From: a virus | DNA length: 64,000 nucleotides | IMG/VR virus record: IMGVR_UViG_3300020473_000020 | Location: 32,001 to 96,000 of that record | Reading direction: 5' to 3' (one strand) | Shown here: positions 17,810-28,120 of the stretch, one piece after another | Layout of the letters: every line of letters begins with the position of its first letter | Position numbering within the stretch: the first letter of the stretch is position 1 | Position numbers and translations under genes: made by a program | Notes under the pieces: generated by a model | Seen by the model: the letters and a program-made list of their open reading frames with translations, nothing else | What the model was told of the DNA's origin: nothing | Databases searched by the model: none

Positions 17810-19102
17810 TTAAGCCTTAGCTGTTGCGTTTGGGTCGTTATAGACATCACGGTCTAGCTTACCTTCTGAGTGAGCCACAACCATCGTCACGGCGCTATCA
17901 CCCGTTAAGTTTACGGCTGTTCGGATCATGTCTAAGATAGCGTCCACAGCCATGATCATAAGGATCCCTTCTACAGGTAAACCTACTTGTGAGAAGACCA
18001 TTACGAGTGTCACGGTACCAGCGCCTCGAACCGCTGCTGTGCCCATGCTAGCAAGCGTGGCGGTTAGGACTACCATGCCAAGCTGCTCGAACGTTAGCGT
18101 TATACCAAACGCTTGCGCTACAAAAATCGTGGCAACACCCTGCATAATACTGGTGCCGTCCATGTTTAAGGTTGCACCGAGTGGTACGTTAAACGAGGTT
18201 ACCGACTTACAGACACCCATACCTTTTTCTAGAACGCGTTGCGTCACTGGGATCGTAGCTGAGCTTGATGCAGTCGAGAAACCGAAGAGCCAGACTTGCG
18301 GCATTTTCTTAAAAAAGTTGATTGGATTGATGCGCGCAAAGACAGCCATATAAGCAGGGTAGACAACTAGCATTTGGATAGCGAGTGCAGCGACAACGAC
18401 AAAGAAGTAGCCCATTAATGGTGCAAGCGCGTCGACGCCTTTATCAGCTATTGTTTTTGTCATCATCATGAATAGGCCATACGGGGCTAATCCCATGACA
18501 GTTTTTACAACAGACAGTGTAATATCGTTGGCGTCTTTAGCTAAGTTCTTTACGTTTTGATTGCCTGTCGCAGCCGCGTGGCCTAATACGGCAATACCTA
18601 TGAAAACTGCAAATACCATAACAGCAATCATGTTTCCCTCTACCATGGATTGTATCGGGTTGGCAGGTATCATGTTCAAAAATGTTTCAACCATCGGCGG
18701 TGCTTGTACAACCTCGACGGTCTTACCTGTAACCTCAGCGTTAACACCCTCACCAACGCCAAAGGCCAGCGCAAGTGCAAGACCCAATGTGATAGCAATG
18801 ACCGTCGTGAGGACGTAACTGGCCATCGCTTTAACTCCCATGCGGCCAGCTTGGCCTACGTCATCATTATCGGCGACTGCGAGCATGATGCCTAGAAAAA
18901 CGAGAGGTATAACCATCATCTTCATCAGGCCAATGAAGCCCTGACCCCCAACATAGAACAAGCCGTCAAGAATGTATGTTCGGAATACTGAACCCTCTGC
19001 GGCTAGACCTGTTGCTTGAAGGAAAACACCCACTACCACTGCGGCTAGTAAGGCTATAAGTATTTGTGCGGTTAAGTTACCGCGTATCTGGATCCCACTC
19101 AT
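17810..19102 (-). CDS. dicarboxylate/amino acid:cation symporter (DAACS, GltP-like)
   Basis: FSTASSSATIP, PLGATLNMDGT, DAILDMIRTAVN; multiple TM helices. Confidence 0.92.
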   Translation of the reverse strand: MSGIQIRGNLTAQILIALLAAVVVGVFLQATGLAAEGSVFRTYILDGLFYVGGQGFIGLMKMMVIPLVFLGIMLAVADNDDVGQAGRMGVKAMASYVLTTVIAITLGLALALAFGVGEGVNAEVTGKTVEVVQAPPMVETFLNMIPANPIQSMVEGNMIAVMVFAVFIGIAVLGHAAATGNQNVKNLAKDANDITLSVVKTVMGLAPYGLFMMMTKTIADKGVDALAPLMGYFFVVVAALAIQMLVVYPAYMAVFARINPINFFKKMPQVWLFGFSTASSSATIPVTQRVLEKGMGVCKSVTSFNVPLGATLNMDGTSIMQGVATIFVAQAFGITLTFEQLGMVVLTATLASMGTAAVRGAGTVTLVMVFSQVGLPVEGILMIMAVDAILDMIRTAVNLTGDSAVTMVVAHSEGKLDRDVYNDPNATAKA

Positions 19103-19425
19103 TAGTGTAGTACCTTATTTTTGTTATCATCGTTCGATTGATTATGTTGTTCGTCGGTTTGGCTTTCGGCCTGTTCTTTTGCACGTTCTCTCGATTCTTC
19201 AAGGTCAGCTAAGCGCTTTAAGCGCTTCATTGCAGCCACCTCGCGTTTTATCCACTTAGGCGTAGGCACTGCATCAACAGCGCTTGCAATAAGACCCGTG
19301 ATGAAGTTAAGTGCTGCGCAAAGAAAGATAATGGCGAAGATTGGAAGTAGTATTGTGCACGATGCCGTTAGGAATAGCGCAAGGTTACGTGCGCGCCTGT
19401 GCTGATAGCGGCGTCTATAGTTCAT
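19102..19425 (-). CDS. membrane protein
   Basis: start likely MNYRRR; long hydrophobic segment. Confidence 0.5.
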   Translation of the reverse strand: MNYRRRYQHRRARNLALFLTASCTILLPIFAIIFLCAALNFITGLIASAVDAVPTPKWIKREVAAMKRLKRLADLEESRERAKEQAESQTDEQHNQSNDDNKNKVLH

Positions 19426-19753
19426 CTTTGGCCTTTGCTTTAGGGTAATCGGTTTTGACCTTTGGAGAGTGACCCTGTAGCACCTGTGAAGCACCCGTCG
19501 TCATCTTAAAGCCTTCGCTTTGTGCCTCGATCCATTCTGGTGTGGCCAGCTCTCGGTGAAACTCGTTGTGCCATGTTCCACCTTTACGATTAGGACTACC
19601 GTCTGCAAAAAGAGCAGGGGTGCAAGCTGAACACAACTTCTCGCCTTCTTCTATGGCGTCGCCGAACCAGCGCTTATGGGCGCTAGCACGGTTGAACATC
19701 CCCAGCGCTGTATTTTCAATCGTGTGACAACGGTCGCAAATATAAAGGCTCAT
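19415..19753 (-). CDS. zinc-finger hypothetical protein
   Basis: CDRC...ENTA...LCSAC. Confidence 0.55.
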   Translation of the reverse strand: MSLYICDRCHTIENTALGMFNRASAHKRWFGDAIEEGEKLCSACTPALFADGSPNRKGGTWHNEFHRELATPEWIEAQSEGFKMTTGASQVLQGHSPKVKTDYPKAKAKDEL

Positions 19754-19804
19754 TTAAGTCTCTCTGTAGATCAGAAAAGGGCACAGTGCGTGCCCTTGTA
19801 GTGT

Positions 19805-20488
19805 TTAAAGTTTGGTTACATCACCAGCGATACGGTCACGTAGGCCAGTGAAGAGACCTGCACAAGCGTTGTATAAGCCCTCAAACAATGAGACTAGCGG
19901 GTCATACGCCGTGTAGAAGATTGCGAATGGCCACATACCCCACCAGTTCATGATATAGGCAGGCATAACTTTTGGCTTAACAACATTCACAGTCTTGCCC
20001 TCAACAAGTTGGCTCTCTTGGAAGACTTGTGGTAGGCGACCACCTTTAAGTTCTGACTTGTACATAGTTGAGAATTTTGAATAGATGTACTCATTCAGCT
20101 CGGCAACGTAATCATGTGTCGCCGCATTAAATTTTGTTTGTTTATCGAAGTCGGCCTTGAACTCTCGCGCTTTCGCTTTATAACGCGACATCATGAAGCC
20201 CCAATTTATGAGCGCAACAAAGAACCCGACAAGAATGTAGGCACCCAGTGTTAAGAGTCCTCTAAACATAAGGTTTTCAGCGTACCACGCATTAAGGGTA
20301 GGGTTGCCATAGGCAAATATACCGAAGGCCAGCACTACAACGAGTACGCCCCAGCTTTTTGTTAAGGCTTTAACATCGTCGGAATACAAGGCAAATAGGA
20401 TAACGAGTGATATAGCCATATACACCCAAAAAGCTATACCCGTCGCGAAGAAGCTTACGCCCGTCAATAGAAGGTCTAATACTATCAT
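19805..20488 (-). CDS. multi-pass membrane protein
   Basis: several TM segments; start likely MIVLDLL. Confidence 0.6.
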   Translation of the reverse strand: MIVLDLLLTGVSFFATGIAFWVYMAISLVILFALYSDDVKALTKSWGVLVVVLAFGIFAYGNPTLNAWYAENLMFRGLLTLGAYILVGFFVALINWGFMMSRYKAKAREFKADFDKQTKFNAATHDYVAELNEYIYSKFSTMYKSELKGGRLPQVFQESQLVEGKTVNVVKPKVMPAYIMNWWGMWPFAIFYTAYDPLVSLFEGLYNACAGLFTGLRDRIAGDVTKL

Positions 20489-20569
20489 TATCTCAAGTCT
20501 CAATTAATTTTAATATTGTGTTGTACAAGGTAATGCCTTGTACAACTTATTAAGACTTGGGCTAGCTGA

Positions 20570-22483
20570 CTACCAAGGGCTATGGCCAGAATCTGATAAG
20601 AAACCGCCAAAGTCATCCATAAATCGGTCGTCTCGGTTTTGCAGGAACGATGCGTAGGTAGACTCATTGTCCACGTCACTCGTATCACCTAGCATGCCTA
20701 GTATGTCACGGCTAGTTACGCCACCATCTTTGGCAAGAGCTTGATAGGCATTCCAAGCAGCACCACAGCAAGCATCGGCTAAATCTTTTGAGCCTCGTGA
20801 GCCATCAGGGTTTTCCATGGGGTGGTCAATTTTATTGCCCAAATCCATGATATTCTTTAACTCGGTCTCAAGTAGCGTATGCTTCGGTAGGTTTAAGCGT
20901 CCTGCCAGTAGTGCCATCTTAAAGCTATCGTATGGGTCGCGGAATCTATCTACTGATTCTATCGTCGCTTCAAAACCTGCTAGCTCCAAATCTTGTCTCA
21001 AGTTTCGCGATTGGTAACCATCGGCAGAAACCTTGGCGATAGGATAACCGAATTGAGAGCGTAATAAAAACAAAAATTCCTTAATTTTATAAAACGGAAT
21101 CTCCTGCCCCGCTTTGGCTTCCACACAAATCAACCAGTCGAACATGTACACTGGTTCCCGTGTTTCTTGCACGGTACCATCCAGTACGTTTGTGTGCTTA
21201 CGCGTGACATAACCAGCAACGTAGCAGCTAGCTATGCCGAGCTTATCTTTAGTTAAGCCGACGTCGATGTGAATGTAGCGTGGTTCGCGTACAGTCAGTT
21301 TAAGCGCCGACTGGTCAAGATAGTTGATAAGCTGGTCGTGCGTCTCGTAGAAATCAAGCTGAACCACTTCACGGCGAACAGGGTTTACCTTCGTCATGGC
21401 TTGCCCAATACGTTCGGTTGATGGGATAAACTTATGTGCCGACCATGTGCCTTTACCCGCCAAATCCTGTAGTGACTTGTAGATGTCAGACTCGAAGTTC
21501 TGTTTAAGCTCGACAGGTACGTCAATGATGAGTGTTTCATCAAGGCCAATGATTTGCTTAGGCTCTGTTAAGATAAACGGGTCTCGTGTCGATGAGCCGA
21601 TGAATACCTTGAATGTTTCACCTGAGTAACGGCCACGGAATGCGTGTACTTCCCACTGAGCGTAATCGAATACGCGCACGTCTCTACGGTTGCGGCCTTT
21701 GTCAATCTGAACGTCTAGGAATGAGTCAGAGTCTTTACGAGATGAATCCAACCATATACGCCCAGCCCATGAACCTGTTTTAGAGTATGCAGTACCAAAA
21801 CGTGAGTCTTGACGTGAGAGCACACCGTTATAGTTGTCTTCGGCTTGACCTTTAATTGCTTTTTGGTCGTTAAGCTCCGATAGCAGTGCGCCCGCCACAG
21901 CCTTACCTAGCAAGTCATTCTTACGTGACGCTGCAATTGCTGTGATCTTCTTCGGGAACATGATGCCTTTGTCTTTCGCTTTTTCCATTTGGCCAAGGAA
22001 GTAGGGCGATGCTTCCGCAAGCTCTTTAAACTGTGACAGTAAGTTCTTTTCAGCAAGGTCTTTCGTCGCTGATACCATGGCAAATACAATCGGGTCGGTC
22101 TTTAGTATACCGAACGTCTTATGGGGGTTCTTCAAATGAAGCATTCGACAGGCATCGTACATATTGCCTGCTAATGAGAATGTAGATTTACCTAGACCGA
22201 TTGCCCCCGTGATCATTATCTCACGGTACGGTGAATAGAACGGGTTTGCGTAGATTTCTTCTAACGCTGCACGCCAAACGGGGAACAAGTTCTCACCTAG
22301 AACCTCACCCAAGTAGTCGTGGTTAAAGATAAACTCAAGGATGGTCGGTGGCATGGATTCATACCCCGACATTTGAGCCAGTGCGTTCATGGCTTGTTTA
22401 TACCCGAAGCCATCAACTAGCTGCCGAGCCAGTTGTTCGCGCTGCCTGTCTACAACAGGATCCAGCTTATTTGCATGTAGCAT
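20570..22483 (-). CDS. terL: terminase large subunit
   Basis: Walker A TGAIGLGKST, Walker B-like ALLSE, RNase H nuclease HIDVGLTKD, SADGYQS, SKDLADA. Confidence 0.9.
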   Translation of the reverse strand: MLHANKLDPVVDRQREQLARQLVDGFGYKQAMNALAQMSGYESMPPTILEFIFNHDYLGEVLGENLFPVWRAALEEIYANPFYSPYREIMITGAIGLGKSTFSLAGNMYDACRMLHLKNPHKTFGILKTDPIVFAMVSATKDLAEKNLLSQFKELAEASPYFLGQMEKAKDKGIMFPKKITAIAASRKNDLLGKAVAGALLSELNDQKAIKGQAEDNYNGVLSRQDSRFGTAYSKTGSWAGRIWLDSSRKDSDSFLDVQIDKGRNRRDVRVFDYAQWEVHAFRGRYSGETFKVFIGSSTRDPFILTEPKQIIGLDETLIIDVPVELKQNFESDIYKSLQDLAGKGTWSAHKFIPSTERIGQAMTKVNPVRREVVQLDFYETHDQLINYLDQSALKLTVREPRYIHIDVGLTKDKLGIASCYVAGYVTRKHTNVLDGTVQETREPVYMFDWLICVEAKAGQEIPFYKIKEFLFLLRSQFGYPIAKVSADGYQSRNLRQDLELAGFEATIESVDRFRDPYDSFKMALLAGRLNLPKHTLLETELKNIMDLGNKIDHPMENPDGSRGSKDLADACCGAAWNAYQALAKDGGVTSRDILGMLGDTSDVDNESTYASFLQNRDDRFMDDFGGFLSDSGHSPW

Positions 22484-22546
22484 GTAGTCTCACTCTCATT
22501 ATTGCCCTACGGCAAAAGTGCCGCCCAAAGGCAGCACCAGTCTCAA

Positions 22547-22744
22547 TTACTTTTGCTTTGGCATCCCAGCTGGACGCCTTGGCTTACGTGGCTTGCGATT
22601 TTGCATGGCCTTTCGGGCACCTTCTCGGCGGCGCTGCATTTCAATGTCAGACATCTTCACGCAGGTGCCACGGAAAAGCTTAAACCCCTTCGGGCACGAC
22701 TTTTTCACTTCACCACGCTTACTTACTTTTATCATCGGATCCAT
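22547..22744 (-). CDS. small basic prohead-core-like protein
   Basis: CPKGFK...CVKMS...RRREGARKA resembles T4-like prohead core proteins; GAGG RBS. Confidence 0.5.
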   Translation of the reverse strand: MDPMIKVSKRGEVKKSCPKGFKLFRGTCVKMSDIEMQRRREGARKAMQNRKPRKPRRPAGMPKQK

Positions 22745-22788
22745 AACGAATACCTCTAGTTAGATAAATAACTCAGTCAGCTCAGTCT

Positions 22789-23826
22789 CTAAACATCAAA
22801 TTCCATATCAAAATCAGCTAGCGGGTCGTCCTTACCACCTAGCGTATCGTCGCCCCACAAGGCACTTTCTTCATCGGATAACGGAGCATCCGCTATCAAT
22901 TCAATTTCATCAGGGTCTATGCGTTCTACGTCGTCATCTGTTGGGTTTTTTGGTGCAAGAAAGTCACTCAGATCAAGCGAGCCACTTTCTCCCATTTCCT
23001 CGGCCATGACGAGTTCCCATTGGTCTTCATCTAAGCCCGCACATGGTACCCCATTCGTGGTATCGTCATCAGGAAGTGCCAACGTGGCTGACTCCTGCTT
23101 TTGTTCTAGTTTCGGAGTTGATGCAGACTGCTGCTTTCGGTGTTCTTCACGGGCTTCCTCTACAACGGCCTTGTTAGATTCAACGCGAGCCTTTTCGGCT
23201 TCCTTACGTCCTTCTTCATCTAGCAGGTCATTCGGAAGATGCTGTGGGTTAACCTCTGGCACTTCCACGTCTTTATTCGTTGGTATAGTTTGACCAAGCG
23301 TTGATACACGGCGGAAGATGTCAGTAACAACTTCGCGTGTGCTGTGGTCGCCTTCATCACCGTCAGAATTGCTGCCACCTGACACAAGGTCTGTGATTTG
23401 CTCTTGCAACTCGCCAACGTTAACAGACCACATAGACTCTTTAACGTACTTCTGAGACACCTCAAGCGATGTACCGAGCAACTTATACATGTTAGTTAGC
23501 TCTTTCGTCGTCATCTGCGCCAAACGGTCAGGCGTTGCAAGCTGCTGCTCGATCATGTTCATTGCACGGTCTAATCTGCCTAGTCGCTTAATGTGCGACT
23601 CAGACATACCAAGAATTGAGAGTTTAATAGCAAGGTCTTTAAGGTCATTGGCGGGCAATGCCTCTTCACGTCCTCGATCAATGATGTCTACCGCGTCGGT
23701 TAGCGCATGACCACTGAACTTATGGTCATGAAGGTCAACCGTTTTGTATAGCTGTGCCTGTTCATCGGCTGGCGCTTCAAGGTCATTGTTGATAACGACT
23801 TTTAGGTGTGAATTGTCATCACTCAT
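22789..23826 (-). CDS. hypothetical protein, candidate terminase small subunit
   Basis: upstream of terL; helical N-terminus and acidic disordered tail. Confidence 0.3.
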   Translation of the reverse strand: MSDDNSHLKVVINNDLEAPADEQAQLYKTVDLHDHKFSGHALTDAVDIIDRGREEALPANDLKDLAIKLSILGMSESHIKRLGRLDRAMNMIEQQLATPDRLAQMTTKELTNMYKLLGTSLEVSQKYVKESMWSVNVGELQEQITDLVSGGSNSDGDEGDHSTREVVTDIFRRVSTLGQTIPTNKDVEVPEVNPQHLPNDLLDEEGRKEAEKARVESNKAVVEEAREEHRKQQSASTPKLEQKQESATLALPDDDTTNGVPCAGLDEDQWELVMAEEMGESGSLDLSDFLAPKNPTDDDVERIDPDEIELIADAPLSDEESALWGDDTLGGKDDPLADFDMEFDV

Positions 23827-23843
23827 AAATCAATCTCTCGATA

Positions 23844-24185
23844 CTATTCAGCCCCAGCTGACAACGTCGGCTGAGTCTTAGAATTAGGGTTAGCGTAAAA
23901 GGCTGGCATATCTTCGGCAAAGAACGGTTCTTGTTCCTCTGCAAAGTAGGGTTGGTTCTCTTCCTTCGGGCTAGGTGAGACTAAGTCTCCCTCGGCCAAA
24001 AGTGCTTCTGCTTCACTTAATGCACGTCGAATGGTTAAGAACTCGCGGCTGTGTAGGCCATGCACCGTTCTATTCTGGGAGCAGGTACTACGACCTGCCT
24101 CAGTAACAGCTCCACTAGTTGATTGCCAAGGTTTCGCCTTGGTTACCACAGCTTGTCGTTTTTTAGAGACGATAGAATAGGCCAT
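23844..24185 (-). CDS. HGGxSTG-related protein
   Basis: KPWQSTSGAVTEAGRSTCSQNRTVHG matches the PW-x-x-STGP-x-T-x-x-GK...N-x-x-x-HG pattern. Confidence 0.45.
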   Translation of the reverse strand: MAYSIVSKKRQAVVTKAKPWQSTSGAVTEAGRSTCSQNRTVHGLHSREFLTIRRALSEAEALLAEGDLVSPSPKEENQPYFAEEQEPFFAEDMPAFYANPNSKTQPTLSAGAE

Positions 24186-24191
24186 TGGTGC

Positions 24192-24611
24192 TTAGCCTGT
24201 TTTTTGCTGTTGATGCGGTACGGAAGATAGCTTAGGCTTCGCTTTAGGTTTCGCTTTCTCAGCAATATCAGCCATTGACTCCATTGTTTGGCGTGACGCA
24301 TTCTGAGCGCGCAAGGCGACCGTCATCATTGTACTAAATGCTTTTGGGTTATTTTGCTGTAGCCCTTGCTCTACGCATAGCTGGAACACTTGGTCGAGAA
24401 CCAATGATTGTGTTGCAAGCACTTCTTTGAGCTTTTCTGGGTCGTCTTTTAACCCTTTGATCTCGGCCGTTACTTGAGATAGGACGTCGCCGAGTGAGGC
24501 GTTAGCCCCATAGCGCTTTGCTATCAGCGCTTGCACAGTTTTACTACCATTTGCGACTGATGACGTCGATAGCTGTATAGCAGCTTTTGTAAATTGGTCA
24601 TTCGTTGACAT
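24192..24611 (-). CDS. hypothetical helical protein (typical HGGxSTG partner)
   Basis: LATQSLVLDQVF...VALRAQNASRQTMESMA. Confidence 0.45.
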   Translation of the reverse strand: MSTNDQFTKAAIQLSTSSVANGSKTVQALIAKRYGANASLGDVLSQVTAEIKGLKDDPEKLKEVLATQSLVLDQVFQLCVEQGLQQNNPKAFSTMMTVALRAQNASRQTMESMADIAEKAKPKAKPKLSSVPHQQQKTG

Positions 24612-24686
24612 AATACTGCCTCTCATAACAAAAAACGGGTCACCCTAAGACGACCCGTTCTAAACTTGAAGCAGTTAACGTATATG

Positions 24687-26675
24687 TTAACCCCAGCGCA
24701 ATTGGTACTTCTCAGCGAAGTCCTTTGGTAGCATTATGGGTAGCCCCATTTCGCGCGCTTTTTTAAGTTTAGTCGTCGAGCCTTCTGGATTTAGCGTGAC
24801 AACCATTGTGGTTTTCTTTGTAACACTGCTGCCGACCTTACCGCCTTCTAATTCGATAATGTCTTGCAAATCAGCGTCTCTAAATTCAGTGAATACAATC
24901 ACTTCATTGTCTAGTACACCTGATGAAGCTGTCATGTCTGTTAACACCTTCACGCTCTTCACGTCTTCAAGGAATGACAGGAACTCTGACCAGCATTGTA
25001 CAAAGTTTTCGGCTGACTCTAGTGTAAAGTCTTCACCGTTAGCAATTCGTTGTACAATTGTGGCATTATAGGCCATCGGCTGCAAGTCTAATAGCTCTGG
25101 GACAGAGGTTAGCGCTGACTTAGACTTCGTTTCACCGAAACCACGTCCGAACACTGCTGAGGCTGCCATAAGCTTGTACAATGGCACGCCATTGTCCTGC
25201 ACGTTCTTGATTTGACCATAAATGCTTTCCGCAGAACGTTCTTTAATACCTTGGATGTCTACAAGCGCTCGTACGTCTAGCGATAGGAAATCTTTAAGCG
25301 TTGTGTAGCCTTCTTGGTAGATTTTCTTAACGGTACCAATCTTCATACCTGCCATGCCCATTGCTGTCAGGATGTGAGAGATTTGCTTGATGTCTGCTGT
25401 TTCTGAGGTCTTACCCGCAGGAAGAACTAGGTCTACCTCAGTCTTGCCCCACTCGTAGGCATCATCAGGGAACTGTGGCTCAGCACGCTCAAGTACCTCA
25501 TAGATGTCTGGGATAACATCACCTGAGCGAAGTAATACAACTTTCGCACCAATGCCGATACCATCACGGATGATTGCACGGGCGTTTTCACCATGACACC
25601 AGTTATAAGTCGCACCACCGATAACAACAGGTTTGATTTTGATGCGCGGGATCCAAACATTGTAACGTGATAGGTTCCACTCGATGTACTCAACCTCAGT
25701 CTCGGCCATCTGTTCAGGCAATGGCATCTTGAAGGCTGCCATGTGTGTAGGGTTACCACTTGTGATCAGCTCGTGCTTAACATCGGCTGTAACGATGAGG
25801 CCGTCAATTTGGAACGGGCTATTTTCGCGGCGGTCGGCATAGATTTCTTCAAGGTCGGCCATGAAGTGTTCTTTGGTCTCATCGGTTACTGCAACCGTTG
25901 CATACCAAGCCATGTGGAAGCCACGCTGTTCAAGCTTATATAATTGCGTAGAAGGTAGTCCACCTTCGCTTGGGAAGCCAAACGCAATAAAATTAAGTAG
26001 GCTCTTATTAGCGTCGGCTTCTAGCTTGCCCGCAAGACCTGTTGCTACGTGACGAGCTGACGTGCGTTTACCATCAGTGAAATGTGAGTCAGGAATAGCT
26101 GCAAAGCTTTCTTCTGATATGATGACTTCGCCTTTAACCACATCGCCAACGTTCAATGGTGGTAGCTGCATGAACGGCATCAAGTGATCCCAGTTGGTAC
26201 CCTCGGCACCGTCACCACGGCTTGCTAGGTGGTGGCCATTTTCGTCACGCCAGTAAGTACCGCTCAAACCATCAAGTTTATCACCTAGGGTGAAGGTCAC
26301 TTCACCGCCTTTAGGAATAAATTTATTTGTGAAGCGTTCAAGCTCCTTTGTACGTGCTTTGATTTTATCGGCACTACCGCTGTAGTATGGCAGTTTAACT
26401 GTCTCACCTGTTGCCACAGCGCCCGTATGGTGGTCTAGTGCGATACCTTGGCTAACTGATAGCTCGCGTAGTAAGTCGTATGTGCCATCGGCAAGGATTG
26501 GCTCAGAAGTATTGTAATAGAAGTCATCTAGGGTGGTGATGATTTTAAGTAGGTCATCTTTAGGCGTAGACGCAACCGTGTCAGTTGGATTGCCTATGAA
26601 AACGTTTAGCCAGTCAGCCACTTCTGGACTGTCAGCAAGTAATGTTTTCGCTAATGGCGAAATCTTATCAGTCAT
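24687..26675 (-). CDS. ligA: NAD-dependent DNA ligase
   Basis: DDFYYN and YD domain Ia motifs, KLDG, SRGDG, KGE, IDGLI, AFK, RSGDVIP, HhH and C-terminal BRCT; start likely MTDKIS. Confidence 0.92.
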   Translation of the reverse strand: MTDKISPLAKTLLADSPEVADWLNVFIGNPTDTVASTPKDDLLKIITTLDDFYYNTSEPILADGTYDLLRELSVSQGIALDHHTGAVATGETVKLPYYSGSADKIKARTKELERFTNKFIPKGGEVTFTLGDKLDGLSGTYWRDENGHHLASRGDGAEGTNWDHLMPFMQLPPLNVGDVVKGEVIISEESFAAIPDSHFTDGKRTSARHVATGLAGKLEADANKSLLNFIAFGFPSEGGLPSTQLYKLEQRGFHMAWYATVAVTDETKEHFMADLEEIYADRRENSPFQIDGLIVTADVKHELITSGNPTHMAAFKMPLPEQMAETEVEYIEWNLSRYNVWIPRIKIKPVVIGGATYNWCHGENARAIIRDGIGIGAKVVLLRSGDVIPDIYEVLERAEPQFPDDAYEWGKTEVDLVLPAGKTSETADIKQISHILTAMGMAGMKIGTVKKIYQEGYTTLKDFLSLDVRALVDIQGIKERSAESIYGQIKNVQDNGVPLYKLMAASAVFGRGFGETKSKSALTSVPELLDLQPMAYNATIVQRIANGEDFTLESAENFVQCWSEFLSFLEDVKSVKVLTDMTASSGVLDNEVIVFTEFRDADLQDIIELEGGKVGSSVTKKTTMVVTLNPEGSTTKLKKAREMGLPIMLPKDFAEKYQLRWG

Positions 26676-26842
26676 AATTTTTTCTTCTAGTAAATTCGTT
26701 GTACAACGAATTGTTAGTCTCAATTGATTTTTTCATTGCTTAGTCAAGCAATCGCCGTTATTATACCCATCTAAAATTGATACGCAATCCCCTCTGGGGC
26801 AGTGATTTACTAACCGATACAAGCCTATAGAAGAGCACCGAT

Positions 26843-27073
26843 ATGAGCACTAAATTTTACGCTGTGCGCCGCGATAATGGCGAACGCTGGACACCTGTTA
26901 AAAAGAAATATGGCAGCGACTGTAAGCAATATTTAATGATGTGGGATAGTGGCTATTTAGCTGTTGTCACCGAGACTAAAGGGTATGACGCATCCGTCTC
27001 TATAGACCCTTTATGCACTAAGACGTGGAAAACCGTCATACCTAAACCAATTGAACAAAGAGAGCCTAAGTAA
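26843..27073 (+). CDS. hypothetical protein
   Basis: first ORF of the divergent primase operon. Confidence 0.55.
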   Translation: MSTKFYAVRRDNGERWTPVKKKYGSDCKQYLMMWDSGYLAVVTETKGYDASVSIDPLCTKTWKTVIPKPIEQREPK

Positions 27074-27075
27074 CA

Positions 27076-28107
27076 ATGGCACGTAAACTTAAATTTGATA
27101 TTTTAGCATTCCTTCAACTGCATGGTATTGAGTACCGTACATCTGGTAAAAACTGTGCAAAGGGGCATGCCGTCGTCTCTTGCCCATTTTGTGAGGATGA
27201 GGGTGACCCTGACCCGTCGATGCACATGGGTATCGAGCTTAAAAGCGGTAACTGGGGTTGCTGGCGTTCAAGTCACCACCGTGGTAAGAAACTCGCAAAT
27301 CTCATGGCTAAGTTGACGGGTATTAGCTACAAAGAGGCCGCCGAATTAGTGGGCGATGCCTCAGCTTCCGTTGATAAGGAAGAATTTGATTCACTTGCAG
27401 CTTGGTTGCGAGGTATTGAGGACGAGAGCGGCGACCCTCTTGAGGTTAAGCCACCTAAGACTATCCCTATGCCTAGTAGCTTTCGTCCTATTACGGATAG
27501 CCGATTCTCTCAGCCTTATAGAACCTATTTAAAGAAAAAGCGTGGCTTCCTGAGCCGTGATATAGATAAGGTTATCGAGACCTACGACTTACGTTACTGC
27601 TCGCAGTCTGGGAGCTGGAACAAGCGTCTTATCCTACCTATCTATCGTGATAAGAAGCTCGGCACCTACACTGGCCGCTCCATCGACCCTAACGAAGAAC
27701 TTCGTTATAACTCGCTAGGTAAGGAAAAGTCACCTGTCAACATTAAAGAAACTATCTACGACTTTGATGGCTTACTGAATACAACGGGGCGTGCACTGTT
27801 CGTCGTGGAAGGTCCACTAGACATGCTCAAGATGGATTTCTATGGAAGACCCTATAACTGCCGTACTACGTGCTTATTCTCAAAGACTGCAACCCCTGAG
27901 CAAATCGCGGACTTATACCTCGTACACAAGAACTTTGCCTTTGTGATCGTATTACTCGATGCGGGTGAGTCCAAATCAGCTAGCGTTCTACTCGATGAGC
28001 TATCGCTTATACCGAACCTTCGTTCTATGGAAATCCCATTTGAAGGCGTAGACGACCCCGCAGACCTTTATCCTAGTGAAATCGCAGAAATGTGCGCAGA
28101 AATCTAA
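27076..28107 (+). CDS. DNA primase (zinc finger plus TOPRIM)
   Basis: CPFC...CWR, RLILPI, TGRSI, VVEGPLD, LLDAGE, DDPADL. Confidence 0.85.
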   Translation: MARKLKFDILAFLQLHGIEYRTSGKNCAKGHAVVSCPFCEDEGDPDPSMHMGIELKSGNWGCWRSSHHRGKKLANLMAKLTGISYKEAAELVGDASASVDKEEFDSLAAWLRGIEDESGDPLEVKPPKTIPMPSSFRPITDSRFSQPYRTYLKKKRGFLSRDIDKVIETYDLRYCSQSGSWNKRLILPIYRDKKLGTYTGRSIDPNEELRYNSLGKEKSPVNIKETIYDFDGLLNTTGRALFVVEGPLDMLKMDFYGRPYNCRTTCLFSKTATPEQIADLYLVHKNFAFVIVLLDAGESKSASVLLDELSLIPNLRSMEIPFEGVDDPADLYPSEIAEMCAEI

Positions 28108-28120
28108 TGAGACAATCACC

